Assembly (NCBI GenBank): GCA_035552275.1
Contig: DASZLR010000141.1
Location: forward strand, 9,186-73,185
Length of the DNA: 64,000 bases
Direction of reading: 5' to 3'
Origin: Pseudonocardiaceae bacterium
Lineage (GTDB): Bacteria; Actinomycetota; Actinomycetes; Mycobacteriales; Pseudonocardiaceae
The notes under the pieces were generated by a model, which was not told where the DNA came from, did not search any database, and saw nothing but the letters and a program-made list of their open reading frames with translations. Below, one piece after another: positions 8,226 to 17,896 of the stretch. Each line of letters begins with the position of its first letter. The stretch's first letter is position 1. The position numbers were made by a program, and so were the translations under genes.

Positions 8226-9257
8226 ATGATAGTGAGACTGAGGTCGAAGTCGGTGCTGAGGGGCGCGGCCGCGTTGATGGTGGCCGGAGCGGTGGCCGGT
8301 GTGGTGATGCTCGCCGAGGCAGGACCGGCGTCAGCCGCCAGCCTTTCGCTCAACTGGACCTGTCCGTTCCCACCGTTGGCGGACCAGACGCTGGCCACCA
8401 ACATTTCGGTGAACCTGCCGGCGAGTATTCCGGTGAACACGCAGACCGGGGCGATCAACGTCTCGGTCGCCGCGACGGTGCCCGCGACGGCCACCCAGGG
8501 CCTGGATCTGGTGGGCGGCGCGAGCCTGTCGGGCACCGCCTCGGCGGCGGCGACGCTCAACGAGCCGGGCGGCCAGAAGCTCAACATCACGATCCCGATG
8601 ACCATCCCGAACACGCCGATCCCGCAGAACGGCACGGCGTTCACCACGAACGCGAGCGGCGCGGCACCGTCGATCCAGTTCGCGACGGCCGGCCAGGGTT
8701 CGATCGTGGTCGGCAACTCGTTCTCGATGGTCCTGCACATCAAGAACTCCAGCGGCGGCGCCACCAGCCTGCCCGAGCCGTACAACACCAACTGCACCGC
8801 GAACTCCGGCCAGAACATGCAGCTGTCGACGTTCACGGTGACCGGTGGCGGCGGTGGCGGTACGACCACCACCACGTCAAGCACCGGCACCACGACGACC
8901 GGAACATCGAGCACCGGCACCACGACAACCGGCACCACGACCACCGGAACGTCGACCACGGGCACCAGCACCACGCCGACGACGGGAACCACCGAGTCCA
9001 CCACCACGGCCGAGTCGCCGACGTCGACGACCCCGGTGGCGACCACCTCGGTCGCGCCGGTCAGCACGACGTCGACCGCCTACGGCTACGTCAACACGGG
9101 CGGCAGCAGCGGATCCGGCAGCAGCGGGACCGGAAGTCTCGCCTATACCGGTGTTTCCGTGCTGGGACCAGTGATCGCCGGCCTAGTGCTGATCATCGGC
9201 GGCGGGACCGCATTGTTGTTCGCCCGACGCCGCCGCGCCGCCGGGAACAGTCGATGA
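8226..9257 (+). CDS. Cell-wall-anchored variant, paralog 6: same N-domain and Thr/Gly linker, with an LAYTG sortase sorting signal instead of the C-domain
   Basis: ATG at 8226 follows gttcggagacaag. The N-domain is nearly identical to paralog 4. The C-terminus GSLAYTGVSVLGPVIAGLVLIIGGGTALLFARRRRAAG is an LAxTG motif plus a hydrophobic helix plus an Arg tail, which is the pattern of actinobacterial class E sortase substrates. Confidence 0.85.
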   Translation: MIVRLRSKSVLRGAAALMVAGAVAGVVMLAEAGPASAASLSLNWTCPFPPLADQTLATNISVNLPASIPVNTQTGAINVSVAATVPATATQGLDLVGGASLSGTASAAATLNEPGGQKLNITIPMTIPNTPIPQNGTAFTTNASGAAPSIQFATAGQGSIVVGNSFSMVLHIKNSSGGATSLPEPYNTNCTANSGQNMQLSTFTVTGGGGGGTTTTTSSTGTTTTGTSSTGTTTTGTTTTGTSTTGTSTTPTTGTTESTTTAESPTSTTPVATTSVAPVSTTSTAYGYVNTGGSSGSGSSGTGSLAYTGVSVLGPVIAGLVLIIGGGTALLFARRRRAAGNSR

Positions 9258-9675
9258 GGTGAGGGCCTGGACCGTCGGCCGGATGGCGGAATGCGCGCCG
9301 GCCGGCGGTCCCCGGTCACGGGCCGGGAGTTCATGATCCCGGTTGAGCGACCGACTCCGGTGTCCTGTCACTGCGGTAACAAGAAAACTGTCCAGGCCGA
9401 ACGTTCCCGCGTGGTTGGCGGTCAGACCTTGCACCGGGGTTCATACGCCAGTAACGTACCCGCCGGTAACTGCGGTCACATTCGGTTGGTCGTGACAACA
9501 GAAGTACTCCGCTGCCCGCCACACCGCCGTGAAGGGAAAGGTTTTTTGTGAACGTTTCTGTTCGCTTGGCGTCGGGTATCGGCCGAGTCGACGTAAAGCC
9601 AGCGTGTAGTCGCCGCTGGTGATCTCGGAACGCGGGTAATGCCAGCACGGCGGAGTAGCGAGAGCGGGAGGTCTG

Positions 9676-10875
9676 ATGGGTGTCGAGGTGGTGGTCGAGG
9701 GGTTGACCAAGTCCTTCGGCCGGCAGACCATCTGGCGGGACGTGAGCCTGACCCTGCCGGCCGGCGAGGTGTCGGTCATGCTCGGCCCGTCGGGAACTGG
9801 TAAGTCGGTGTTCCTGAAGTCGATGATCGGGCTGCTCAAGCCCGAACGCGGCAAGTGCGTCATCGACGGAATCGACACGGTGTCGTGTTCCGAACGTCAG
9901 CTCTACGCGACCCGGAAGCTGTTCGGGGTGCTTTTCCAGGACGGCGCGCTGTTCGGCTCGATGAGCCTTTACGACAATGTGGCCTTTCCGCTGCGGGAGC
10001 ACACCAGGAAGTCGGAGTCGGAGATCCGGCGGATCGTGTTCGAGAAGCTGGAGATGGTCGGTCTGGCCGGCACCGAGACGAAACTGCCCGGCGAGATCTC
10101 CGGCGGTATGCGCAAGCGGGCCGGCCTGGCCCGCGCCCTCGTCCTCGATCCGCAGATCATCCTGTGCGACGAGCCGGACTCCGGTCTGGACCCGGTCCGC
10201 ACGTCCTACATTTCGCAGACTTTGATTGATTTGAACGCGCAGATCGACGCCACGATTCTCATCGTCACGCACAACATCAATATCGCCCGGACCGTGCCGG
10301 ACAATCTCGGCATGCTGTACCGGCGCGAATTGGTGATGTTCGGGCCGCGTGAGGTGCTGCTGACCAGCGAGGAGCCCTCCGTCAAGCAGTTTCTTCGGGG
10401 CAGCCGGATCGGCCCTATTGGAATGTCCGAGGAGAAGGACTCGGCGACTCTGGCCGCCGAGGCCGCGCAGATCGACGCCGGCCACCACGACGGCGGGGTG
10501 GAGGATTTCGACGGAATCGCGCCGCAGATGCTGCCGACGCCGGGACTGCCCGAGCGGCAGGCGGTGCGGAGGCGCAAAGATCGCGTGATGCGCATGCTGC
10601 ACACCCTGCCGGCGCCGGCCCAGCAGGCCATCGTCGAATCGCTGACCCCGGCCGAGGCCCACCGCTACCGGATGGGCGGCGGCGGGACCCTCCCGCACGC
10701 CACCGCCACCACGACGATGCAGCCGAACGTGCCGCCGACCCGCCCGCCAGCGCCACGGCCCGGTCCGGGCGGTCTGCCCCAGCGGCCCGCGCCGAGCGGC
10801 CCACCGGGCAACGAGAACTGGCCGGTCGGCCGGCCGGTGCCGCCGCGCCGTCCCGGCGAGGGAGGCTGGCGCTAG
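9676..10875 (+). CDS. mceG: Mce-associated ABC transporter ATPase (MceG/Mkl, MlaF-like) with a Pro-rich C-terminal tail
   Basis: RBS gggagg precedes the start. Walker A GPSGTGKS, signature LPGEISGGMRKRAGLARAL and Walker B ILCDEPDSGLD are present. It sits first in the yrbE-mce operon. The C-terminal roughly 140 aa are low-complexity and Pro-rich. Confidence 0.9.
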   Translation: MGVEVVVEGLTKSFGRQTIWRDVSLTLPAGEVSVMLGPSGTGKSVFLKSMIGLLKPERGKCVIDGIDTVSCSERQLYATRKLFGVLFQDGALFGSMSLYDNVAFPLREHTRKSESEIRRIVFEKLEMVGLAGTETKLPGEISGGMRKRAGLARALVLDPQIILCDEPDSGLDPVRTSYISQTLIDLNAQIDATILIVTHNINIARTVPDNLGMLYRRELVMFGPREVLLTSEEPSVKQFLRGSRIGPIGMSEEKDSATLAAEAAQIDAGHHDGGVEDFDGIAPQMLPTPGLPERQAVRRRKDRVMRMLHTLPAPAQQAIVESLTPAEAHRYRMGGGGTLPHATATTTMQPNVPPTRPPAPRPGPGGLPQRPAPSGPPGNENWPVGRPVPPRRPGEGGWR

Positions 10876-11684
10876 TGGCCACCCCGACCACCCGGCTCAA
10901 CCTGGACAGCGTGCTGGCCCTGCCCGGCCGCGCGATGTCCCAGGTCGGCAACCTGTTCGCGCTGGGCGCGAGCGTGATCTGGCTGTCCTTCAAACGGCCG
11001 TTCCAACTGCGCGAGTTCATCGAGCAGTTCTGGTTCATCGCCCGGGTCACGATCCTGCCCACGATGTTCGTGTCGATCCCGTTCGGCGCGATCATCTCGC
11101 TGCAACTGGGGTCCCTGACCACCCAGATCGGCGCCGAGTCGTTCACCGGCGCGGCGAGCGTCCTGGCGATCATCCAGCAGGCCAGCCCGGTGGTCACCGC
11201 GCTGCTGGTGGCCGGCGTCGGCGGCTCGGCGATCTGCGCGGACATCGGCGCCCGCACCATCCGCGAGGAGATCGACGCGATGGAGGTGCTGGGCGTCTCG
11301 GCGATCCAGCGCCTGGTGGTGCCCCGGGTGCTGGCCGCGATGCTGGTCGCGATCCTGCTCAACGGCCTGGTCAGCGTGGTCGGTGTGCTCGGCGGCTACT
11401 TCTTCAACGTCGTCCTGCAGGGCGGCACGCCGGGCGCGTACCTGTCCAGCTTCGCCGCCCTGGCCCAGCTTTCCGACCTGTGGGTCGGCGAGATCAAGGC
11501 GGTGATCTTCGGGTTCATCGCCGGAGTGGTCGCCGCCTATCGCGGCCTGCACCCGGCGGCCGGACCGAAGGGCGTCGGCGACTCGGTGAACCAGTCGGTG
11601 GTCATCACCTTCCTGTTGCTGTTCTTCGTGAACGCGGTGCTCACCGCCGTGTACCTGAAGATCGTTCCACCGAAGGCGGTCTGA
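10875..11684 (+). CDS. yrbEA: YrbE/MlaE-family permease A of the Mce system
   Basis: The GTG start overlaps the upstream TAG stop by 1 nt. It is a multi-pass hydrophobic protein with typical YrbE sequence (REEIDAMEVLG, ...YRGL...GPKGVG). Confidence 0.9.
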   Translation: MATPTTRLNLDSVLALPGRAMSQVGNLFALGASVIWLSFKRPFQLREFIEQFWFIARVTILPTMFVSIPFGAIISLQLGSLTTQIGAESFTGAASVLAIIQQASPVVTALLVAGVGGSAICADIGARTIREEIDAMEVLGVSAIQRLVVPRVLAAMLVAILLNGLVSVVGVLGGYFFNVVLQGGTPGAYLSSFAALAQLSDLWVGEIKAVIFGFIAGVVAAYRGLHPAAGPKGVGDSVNQSVVITFLLLFFVNAVLTAVYLKIVPPKAV

Positions 11685-11688
11685 TCGA

Positions 11689-12531
11689 ATGAACGTGACG
11701 GTGACCGCGCGGCTCGGCGCCAACCTGGACCGATCGCTGGGCTTCCTGGACCGGCTCGGCGACCAACTGGTGTTCTACGTGCGCGCGCTGGCCTGGACGC
11801 CGCGGACGGTGCGCCGGTACAGCCGCGAGGTGATCCGGCTGCTGGCCGAGGTCAGCTTCGGGTCCGGCGCGCTGGGCGTGATCGGCGGGACCATCGGCGT
11901 GATGTTCGGCATCACCGCCTTCACCGGCATCGTCGTCGGCATCCAGGGCTACGCCGCGCTGAGCCAGTTGGGCACGGCCGCGTTCACCGGCTTCATCACC
12001 GCCTACTTCAACACCCGGGAGATCGCCCCGCTGACCGCCGGCCTGGCGCTGTCGGCGACCGTCGGCGCCGGCTTCACCGCGCAGCTCGGCGCGATGCGGA
12101 TCTCCGAGGAGGTCGACGCGCTGGAGTCGATGGGCATCCCCAGCCTGCCGTATCTGGTGACCACCCGGATCGTGGCGGGCGCCATCGCGATCATCCCGCT
12201 GTACGGCGTCGGCCTGCTCGTCTCCTACGTCGCCTCCCGCGAGGTGACCGTCCTGATCAACGGGCAGTCGGCCGGCACCTATGACCACTACTTCAACCTG
12301 TTCCTGCCACCGGGCGACGTGGTGCTCTCCTTCCTCAAGGTGCTGATCTTCAGCATCATGGTGATCCTCACGCACTGCTACTACGGCTATCGCGCCACCG
12401 GCGGCCCGGCCGGGGTGGGCGTGGCGGTCGGCAACGCGGTGCGCACCGCCATCGTCACGATCACGGTCACCGACTTCTTCCTGAGCCTGGCGATCTGGGG
12501 CGCGACCACGACGGTCAAGGTGACCGGATGA
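11689..12531 (+). CDS. yrbEB: YrbE/MlaE-family permease B of the Mce system
   Basis: Paralog of the preceding permease (SEEVDALESMG, ...YYGYRATGGPAGVG). Its stop overlaps the mceA start (ATGA). Confidence 0.9.
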   Translation: MNVTVTARLGANLDRSLGFLDRLGDQLVFYVRALAWTPRTVRRYSREVIRLLAEVSFGSGALGVIGGTIGVMFGITAFTGIVVGIQGYAALSQLGTAAFTGFITAYFNTREIAPLTAGLALSATVGAGFTAQLGAMRISEEVDALESMGIPSLPYLVTTRIVAGAIAIIPLYGVGLLVSYVASREVTVLINGQSAGTYDHYFNLFLPPGDVVLSFLKVLIFSIMVILTHCYYGYRATGGPAGVGVAVGNAVRTAIVTITVTDFFLSLAIWGATTTVKVTG

Positions 12532-13787
12532 GCGCGACCAGCGGAGCCCTGTTCAAAACTCGGCGGCGGATCATCGGCGTCGCGTTCCTGGTCGTGCTCG
12601 CGATGCTGATCTGGCTGTCGATCGCGTTGTACAACAAGCAGTTCGCCCCGGAAGTGATGGTCACGCTGGAAACCAGCAGCACGGGCAACGAACTGCACGA
12701 CCACGCCGAGGTGAAGGTGCGCGGCGTGCAGGTCGGCGAGGTCCGGTCGGTGGCCGCCGACGGCGCCAGCGCCCGGATCGAGCTGGCCATCGACCCGGAC
12801 CAAGTGAACTGGCTGCCGGCCAACGTCTCCGCGCAGCTGCTGCCGACCACGCTGTTCGGTCCGCGCTACGTCGACCTGTCGCTGCCGTCCACTCCGGACA
12901 CCCAGCGGCTGGCCAACGGCAGCATCATCGGCGAGGACCACTCGGCCAACGCCATCGAGCTGCAGACGGTGCTGAACAACCTGATGAACCTGCTCGAAGC
13001 CATCCAGCCGCAGAAGCTGTCGGTCACGCTGACGGCGGTGGCGCAGGCGCTGGACGGTCGTGGCGTGGAGCTCGGCCACACCATCACGAACCTGAACACG
13101 CTGCTGCAGCAGCTCAATCCGCAGCTGCCGGCCATCGACAACGACATCACCCAGCTGGTGAACGTGGTCAACGGCTACAACAACTCGGCCCCGCAGATCC
13201 TGCAGGCGTTCGCCGACTTCGCGCAGACCAGCAAGACCATTGTGGACGAGAAGGACAACCTGAACGCGCTGTACACCTCGCTGACCGGCGCGGCGGACGA
13301 CCTGAACAGCTTCTTCGCGCAGAACGGCAACAACATCATCCGGCTGTCCGCGGACAGCCGGACCACGCTGCAGACACTGGCGCAGTACTCGCCGGAGATT
13401 CCGTGCGTGCTGCGGCAACTGGTCGCGTTCGAACCGGAGATGGACCGGGTGCTGGGCGCCGGCACCGGCCAGCCCGGCCTGCACGTGAACCTGACCGTGG
13501 TGCCCTCGCTGGGCCACTACGGCCCGGGTGACTCGCCGGTCTACGACACCGACACCGGCCCGCACTGCCCGGCCGGCACCAGCGCCGATGTGACAGCGAA
13601 TCCCGCGAATCCCAGTGTGTCGCAGCTGCGCGACGCCGGTGTCGGAGCGCCGAACTCGCCGATGGAGAACGAGCTCATCAACGAACTGACCGCGCCCGGC
13701 CTGGGTGAAGCACCCTCGTCGCTGCCCGGCTGGAGCAGCCTGCTGCTCGGCCCGATCTACCGCGGATCGGAGGTGACGATCAAATGA
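12528..13787 (+). CDS. mceA: Mce-family substrate-binding protein MceA
   Basis: N-terminal TM helix followed by an MCE/MlaD domain (VKVRGVQVGEVRSV). First of six consecutive Mce paralogs with overlapping stop/start codons. Confidence 0.9.
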   Translation: MSATSGALFKTRRRIIGVAFLVVLAMLIWLSIALYNKQFAPEVMVTLETSSTGNELHDHAEVKVRGVQVGEVRSVAADGASARIELAIDPDQVNWLPANVSAQLLPTTLFGPRYVDLSLPSTPDTQRLANGSIIGEDHSANAIELQTVLNNLMNLLEAIQPQKLSVTLTAVAQALDGRGVELGHTITNLNTLLQQLNPQLPAIDNDITQLVNVVNGYNNSAPQILQAFADFAQTSKTIVDEKDNLNALYTSLTGAADDLNSFFAQNGNNIIRLSADSRTTLQTLAQYSPEIPCVLRQLVAFEPEMDRVLGAGTGQPGLHVNLTVVPSLGHYGPGDSPVYDTDTGPHCPAGTSADVTANPANPSVSQLRDAGVGAPNSPMENELINELTAPGLGEAPSSLPGWSSLLLGPIYRGSEVTIK

Positions 13788-14797
13788 AGCGCAAGAGCAT
13801 CGCCGGCCCGCTGATCAAGGCGCTGATCTTCGTCCTCGTGACGCTGGCGGCCACCTCCGTGCTCGCGCTGACCATCGCCAACGTCAACGCGGGCAGCCTG
13901 TCCCAGTACAAGGCGGACTTCACCGACGTCACCGGGCTCAACACCGGTGACGACATCCGGATCGCCGGGGTGCGGATCGGCCAGGTCGACGCGATCAGCG
14001 TGGTCAACAAGCGGCAGGCCGAGGTCACCTTCTCCATCGACGCCACCCGCACCCTGCCGGCGTCGGTGACCGCCGCGGTGATGTACCGGAACCTGTTGGG
14101 GCAGCGGTACATCGCGCTCGGCCAGGGGACCGGGGCGGTGGACGCGACGCTGCCGGTCAACGGCACCATCCCGGTCGCCCAGACCTCACCGCCGCTGGAT
14201 CTCACCGAGCTGTTCAACGGCTTCAAGCCGCTGTTCCAGGCGATGTCGCCCAACGACGTCAACCAGCTCTCCAACGAACTGGTCAACGTGTTGCAGGGCG
14301 AGGGCGGCACGATCGACGGCCTGCTGTCGCACATCTCCTCGCTGACCCAGACGCTGGCCGGCAAGGACCAGGCGATCGGGCAGGTGATCGACAACCTGAA
14401 CAACGTGCTCAACACGGTGAACTCCCGCGACGGCGCGCTGCAGAACATGATCAGCACGTTCCAGCAGCTGGTCTCCGGGCTGGCCGCCGACCGGGTGCCG
14501 ATCGGCAACGCGGTCAGCTCGCTGTCCGGCCTCGCCACCAGCACCGCCAATCTGTTGCAGGGCGTCCGGCCGGGACTGCAGCAGGACATCGTCGGGCTGG
14601 GCCAGGTGTCGACCAACCTGGCTAACAACACCCCGCTGGTGAACCAGTTCCTGCAGAACCTGCCGAACAAGCTCAACGCCATCGGCAAGACGGCGTCCTA
14701 CGGCTCGTGGCTGAACCTGTACCTGTGTGAAGCGACGGTGACCAACGTCAGTCCGCCGGCGCCCGGTGTTCCGGACAACCAGCCGAGGTGCCACTGA
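13784..14797 (+). CDS. mceB: Mce-family protein MceB
   Basis: TM helix plus MCE domain (IRIAGVRIGQVDAI). ATGA overlap with mceA. Confidence 0.9.
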   Translation: MKRKSIAGPLIKALIFVLVTLAATSVLALTIANVNAGSLSQYKADFTDVTGLNTGDDIRIAGVRIGQVDAISVVNKRQAEVTFSIDATRTLPASVTAAVMYRNLLGQRYIALGQGTGAVDATLPVNGTIPVAQTSPPLDLTELFNGFKPLFQAMSPNDVNQLSNELVNVLQGEGGTIDGLLSHISSLTQTLAGKDQAIGQVIDNLNNVLNTVNSRDGALQNMISTFQQLVSGLAADRVPIGNAVSSLSGLATSTANLLQGVRPGLQQDIVGLGQVSTNLANNTPLVNQFLQNLPNKLNAIGKTASYGSWLNLYLCEATVTNVSPPAPGVPDNQPRCH

Positions 14798-15777
14798 TGA
14801 AACCGATCCGGGAGCGCAATCCGATCTGGGTCGGCGTGGCCGGCCTGGCGATCATGCTCGTCATCGGGCTGCTGGTGTACTTCGCCGACGACCTGCCGCT
14901 GATCGGCGGCGGCACCACCTACACCGCCGAGTTCACCGAGGCGGCCGGCCTCGTCTCCGGCAACGACGTGACGGTGGCCGGCGTGCGGGTGGGCAACGTG
15001 ACCGGGGTGAGCCTGGACGGCGACCACGTGAAGGTCTCCTTCCGGGTCGACAACGCCTGGATCGGCAACACCAGCACGGCGTCCATCGAGATCAAGACGC
15101 TGCTGGGGGAGAAGTACCTCGCGCTCGACCCCCTCGGACCCAGCACCCAGGACCCGGGCCAGACCATCCCGGTCAGCCGCACCATCTCGCCGTATGACGT
15201 CACCTCGGCGTTCAACGACCTGTCCACCACCGTCGGGCAGATCGACACCTCGCAACTGGCGAACGGCTTCGAGGCGGTGGCCAGCGCGTTCGGCACCAGC
15301 GCGCCGGACATCCGAGGCGCCCTGGACGGGTTGTCCTCGCTGTCCGAGACGATCTCCTCGCGGGACAACCAGCTCGCCCAGCTGCTGTCCAACTCGCAGA
15401 AGATCACCCAGCAGGTGGCCAACGACAACACCCAGTTCCAGAGTCTGCTCACGGACGGCAACCTGCTGCTGGCCGAACTGCAACAGCGCAAGGACGCGAT
15501 CAACGCGCTGCTGTCCAGCTCGGTGCAGCTCGGTCAGCAGATCTCCGGACTGGTGCAGGACAACAACGCCACGCTCGCGCCGACGCTGGCCGAACTGGAC
15601 CAGGTGACGAACGTCTTGCAGCAGAACCAGAACAACCTCAACCAGGCGCTCGCGCTCATCGGCCCGTACTACCGGCTGCTGGGCAACACGCTCGGCAATG
15701 GACGGTGGATGGACGCCTACCTGTGCGGGCTGGTCTCGACCAACGGCTCCTGCATGCCGCCGAAGGTGGGTGGCTGA
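14797..15777 (+). CDS. mceC: Mce-family protein MceC
   Basis: I chose the ATG at 14797 because it overlaps the mceB TGA (tgatg), the same junction used by mceD, E and F. An alternative GTG lies at 14788. MCE domain VTVAGVRVGNVTGV. Confidence 0.85.
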   Translation: MKPIRERNPIWVGVAGLAIMLVIGLLVYFADDLPLIGGGTTYTAEFTEAAGLVSGNDVTVAGVRVGNVTGVSLDGDHVKVSFRVDNAWIGNTSTASIEIKTLLGEKYLALDPLGPSTQDPGQTIPVSRTISPYDVTSAFNDLSTTVGQIDTSQLANGFEAVASAFGTSAPDIRGALDGLSSLSETISSRDNQLAQLLSNSQKITQQVANDNTQFQSLLTDGNLLLAELQQRKDAINALLSSSVQLGQQISGLVQDNNATLAPTLAELDQVTNVLQQNQNNLNQALALIGPYYRLLGNTLGNGRWMDAYLCGLVSTNGSCMPPKVGG

Positions 15778-16835
15778 TGTTCCAGACCAGGTTCTCCCGC
15801 CGGCTGGCCGGCATCGGCGCGATCGTGTTCGCGCTGCTGCTGGTGGTCGCCGGATCGCTGTGGTGGATCTTCCGGGACTACGGCGCCAAGCAGATCACCG
15901 CGTACTTCAATGAGGCCGTCGGCGTCTACGCCGGATCGGACGTGCGCATCCTCGGCGTCGCGATCGGCACGATCGACTCGGTCACCCCGGACGGCCAGCT
16001 GGTCAAGGTGACCATGACGGTCAACGGCGGCATCCAGGTGCCGGCCGACGCCGAGGCGCTGGTCGTCTCGCCGAGCGTGGTCAGCGACCGGTACATCCAG
16101 CTCGCCCCGGCCTTCACCGGCGGTCCGCAGATCACCGACGGCGCGGTGATCCCGGTCAGCCGCACCGAGACCCCGGTGGAGATCGACCAGCTCTACCAGA
16201 GCCTGGACAAGCTGACCACCGCGCTGGGTCCCAACGGCGCCAACAAGAACGGCGCGCTGTCGGACATCATCAACGCCGGCGCGGCCAACCTGCAGGGCAA
16301 CGGCCAGGCGCTGGGCAACATGATCCAGCAGCTCGGCGCGGCCACCCGCACGCTGTCCGGCTCGCAGAAGGACCTGTTCGGCACCATCGACAACCTGGCC
16401 CAGTTCACCCAGATGCTGTCCAACAACGACAGTCAGGTGCGCGGCGCCGAGGACCAGCTCGCCTCGGTGACCCAGTTCCTGTCCGACGACCGGCAGAATC
16501 TCGGCGCGGCGCTCAACGAGCTGGCCAGCGCCCTGGGCCAGGTGCAGACCTTCATCCAGGACAACGAGGGCCGACTGAAGTCCAATGTGGACAAGCTGGC
16601 GGCGATCAGTCAGATCCTGGTGAACCAGCGGGCCTCGTTGGCCCAGGCGCTGGACGCCGGTCCGCTGGCCATCTCCAACCTGCTCAACGCCTACGACCCG
16701 GCGCACGGCACCCTGGACGGCCGCGGCGACATCAACGAGTACAGCATGGGACCGGCCGGCGCGAACGCGCAGTCCGCGCCGATGCTGGGGCTGCCCACCG
16801 CCGGCGGCTCGGGCAGCAGCGGAGGGGGTCAGTGA
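15777..16835 (+). CDS. mceD: Mce-family protein MceD
   Basis: The ATG at 15777 overlaps the mceC TGA. TM helix MFQTRFSRRLAGIGAIVFALLLVVAG. MCE domain VRILGVAIGTIDSV. The track ORF start at 15705 lies inside mceC. Confidence 0.85.
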   Translation: MFQTRFSRRLAGIGAIVFALLLVVAGSLWWIFRDYGAKQITAYFNEAVGVYAGSDVRILGVAIGTIDSVTPDGQLVKVTMTVNGGIQVPADAEALVVSPSVVSDRYIQLAPAFTGGPQITDGAVIPVSRTETPVEIDQLYQSLDKLTTALGPNGANKNGALSDIINAGAANLQGNGQALGNMIQQLGAATRTLSGSQKDLFGTIDNLAQFTQMLSNNDSQVRGAEDQLASVTQFLSDDRQNLGAALNELASALGQVQTFIQDNEGRLKSNVDKLAAISQILVNQRASLAQALDAGPLAISNLLNAYDPAHGTLDGRGDINEYSMGPAGANAQSAPMLGLPTAGGSGSSGGGQ

Positions 16836-17896
16836 TGGGCCGGAAGCTGAAGGTTCCCGCGCTCGCCGCGCTACTGGCCGCGTTCGGCCTGGTGATGTCC
16901 GGCTGCGGGTTCTCGCTGTACAACGTGCCGCTGCCCGGCGGCGCCGATCTCGGCAACCACCCGTACCAGGTCACCGCGCAGTTCCAGGACGTGCTCGACC
17001 TCGTGCCGCAGGCCGCGGTCAAGGTCAACGACGTCGCGGTCGGCAAGGTCGAGTCGATCAACCTGCCGCCCAACGGCTGGATCGCCAACGTCGTCATGCA
17101 GGTCAACGGCGACGTCAAGCTGCCGGCCAACGCCAGCGCCTGGCTGGAGCAGTCCAGCCTGCTCGGCGAGAAGTACGTCTCGCTGGTCGGGCCCACCGAC
17201 GGCAGCGCCGCCGGCACGCTGTCCAACAACGCGGTCATTCCGGTGGAGCGGACCAATCGCAACCCGGAGGTCGAAGAGGTCCTCGGCGCGCTGTCGCTGC
17301 TGCTCAACGGCGGCGGCATCGACCAGATCCACACCATCGACCTGCAGCTCAACGACGCGTTCGCCGGCAACGAGGGGGCGATCCGCTCGGAACTGTCCGG
17401 CCTGACCACCTTCATCGCCAACGCGGACGCGCACAAGCAGGACATCGCCAACGCCATCGACGGCGTCAACCGGCTGTCCGGCACGCTGGCCGCCCGGGAC
17501 CAGCAGATCGGCGCCACTTTGGACAGTGTGCCGGCCGGTCTGCAGATCCTGGCCCAGCAGCGCGGCGAGCTGGTCACCATGCTCAACGCGCTGAACAACC
17601 TGTCCGGGGTCGCGGTGAACACGATCAACCAGAGCAAGGACGACATGGTCGCCGACTTCAACGCGCTCGCGCCGACGCTGCGCCAGTTGGCGGCGGCCGG
17701 GGCGGCGCTGCCGCAGTCGTTGCAGGTCCTGCTGACCTACCCGTTCACCGACGCGGTGACCGGTGACATCCGGGGCGACTACCTGAACGCCTTCGCCACC
17801 CTGACCGGCGACGGCTCGACGGTGATCCCGGCGTCGGCGAGCGGATCGAACATCTCCGGCTCGCCGCTGGTGTCGACCGACCAGGGGGGCAACTGA
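16835..17896 (+). CDS. mceE: Mce-family lipoprotein MceE
   Basis: Lipobox LVMSGC follows the signal peptide. MCE domain VKVNDVAVGKVESI. The ATG at 16835 overlaps the mceD TGA; an alternative GTG lies at 16832. Confidence 0.85.
   Translation: MGRKLKVPALAALLAAFGLVMSGCGFSLYNVPLPGGADLGNHPYQVTAQFQDVLDLVPQAAVKVNDVAVGKVESINLPPNGWIANVVMQVNGDVKLPANASAWLEQSSLLGEKYVSLVGPTDGSAAGTLSNNAVIPVERTNRNPEVEEVLGALSLLLNGGGIDQIHTIDLQLNDAFAGNEGAIRSELSGLTTFIANADAHKQDIANAIDGVNRLSGTLAARDQQIGATLDSVPAGLQILAQQRGELVTMLNALNNLSGVAVNTINQSKDDMVADFNALAPTLRQLAAAGAALPQSLQVLLTYPFTDAVTGDIRGDYLNAFATLTGDGSTVIPASASGSNISGSPLVSTDQGGN

Noticed and set aside
8078-9262. A 394-aa plus-strand ORF overlapping paralog 6 in another frame
   Set aside because: It is an Arg/His/Asp-rich nonsense translation. 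The frame starting at 8226 reproduces the conserved paralogue sequence and the LAYTG sorting signal.
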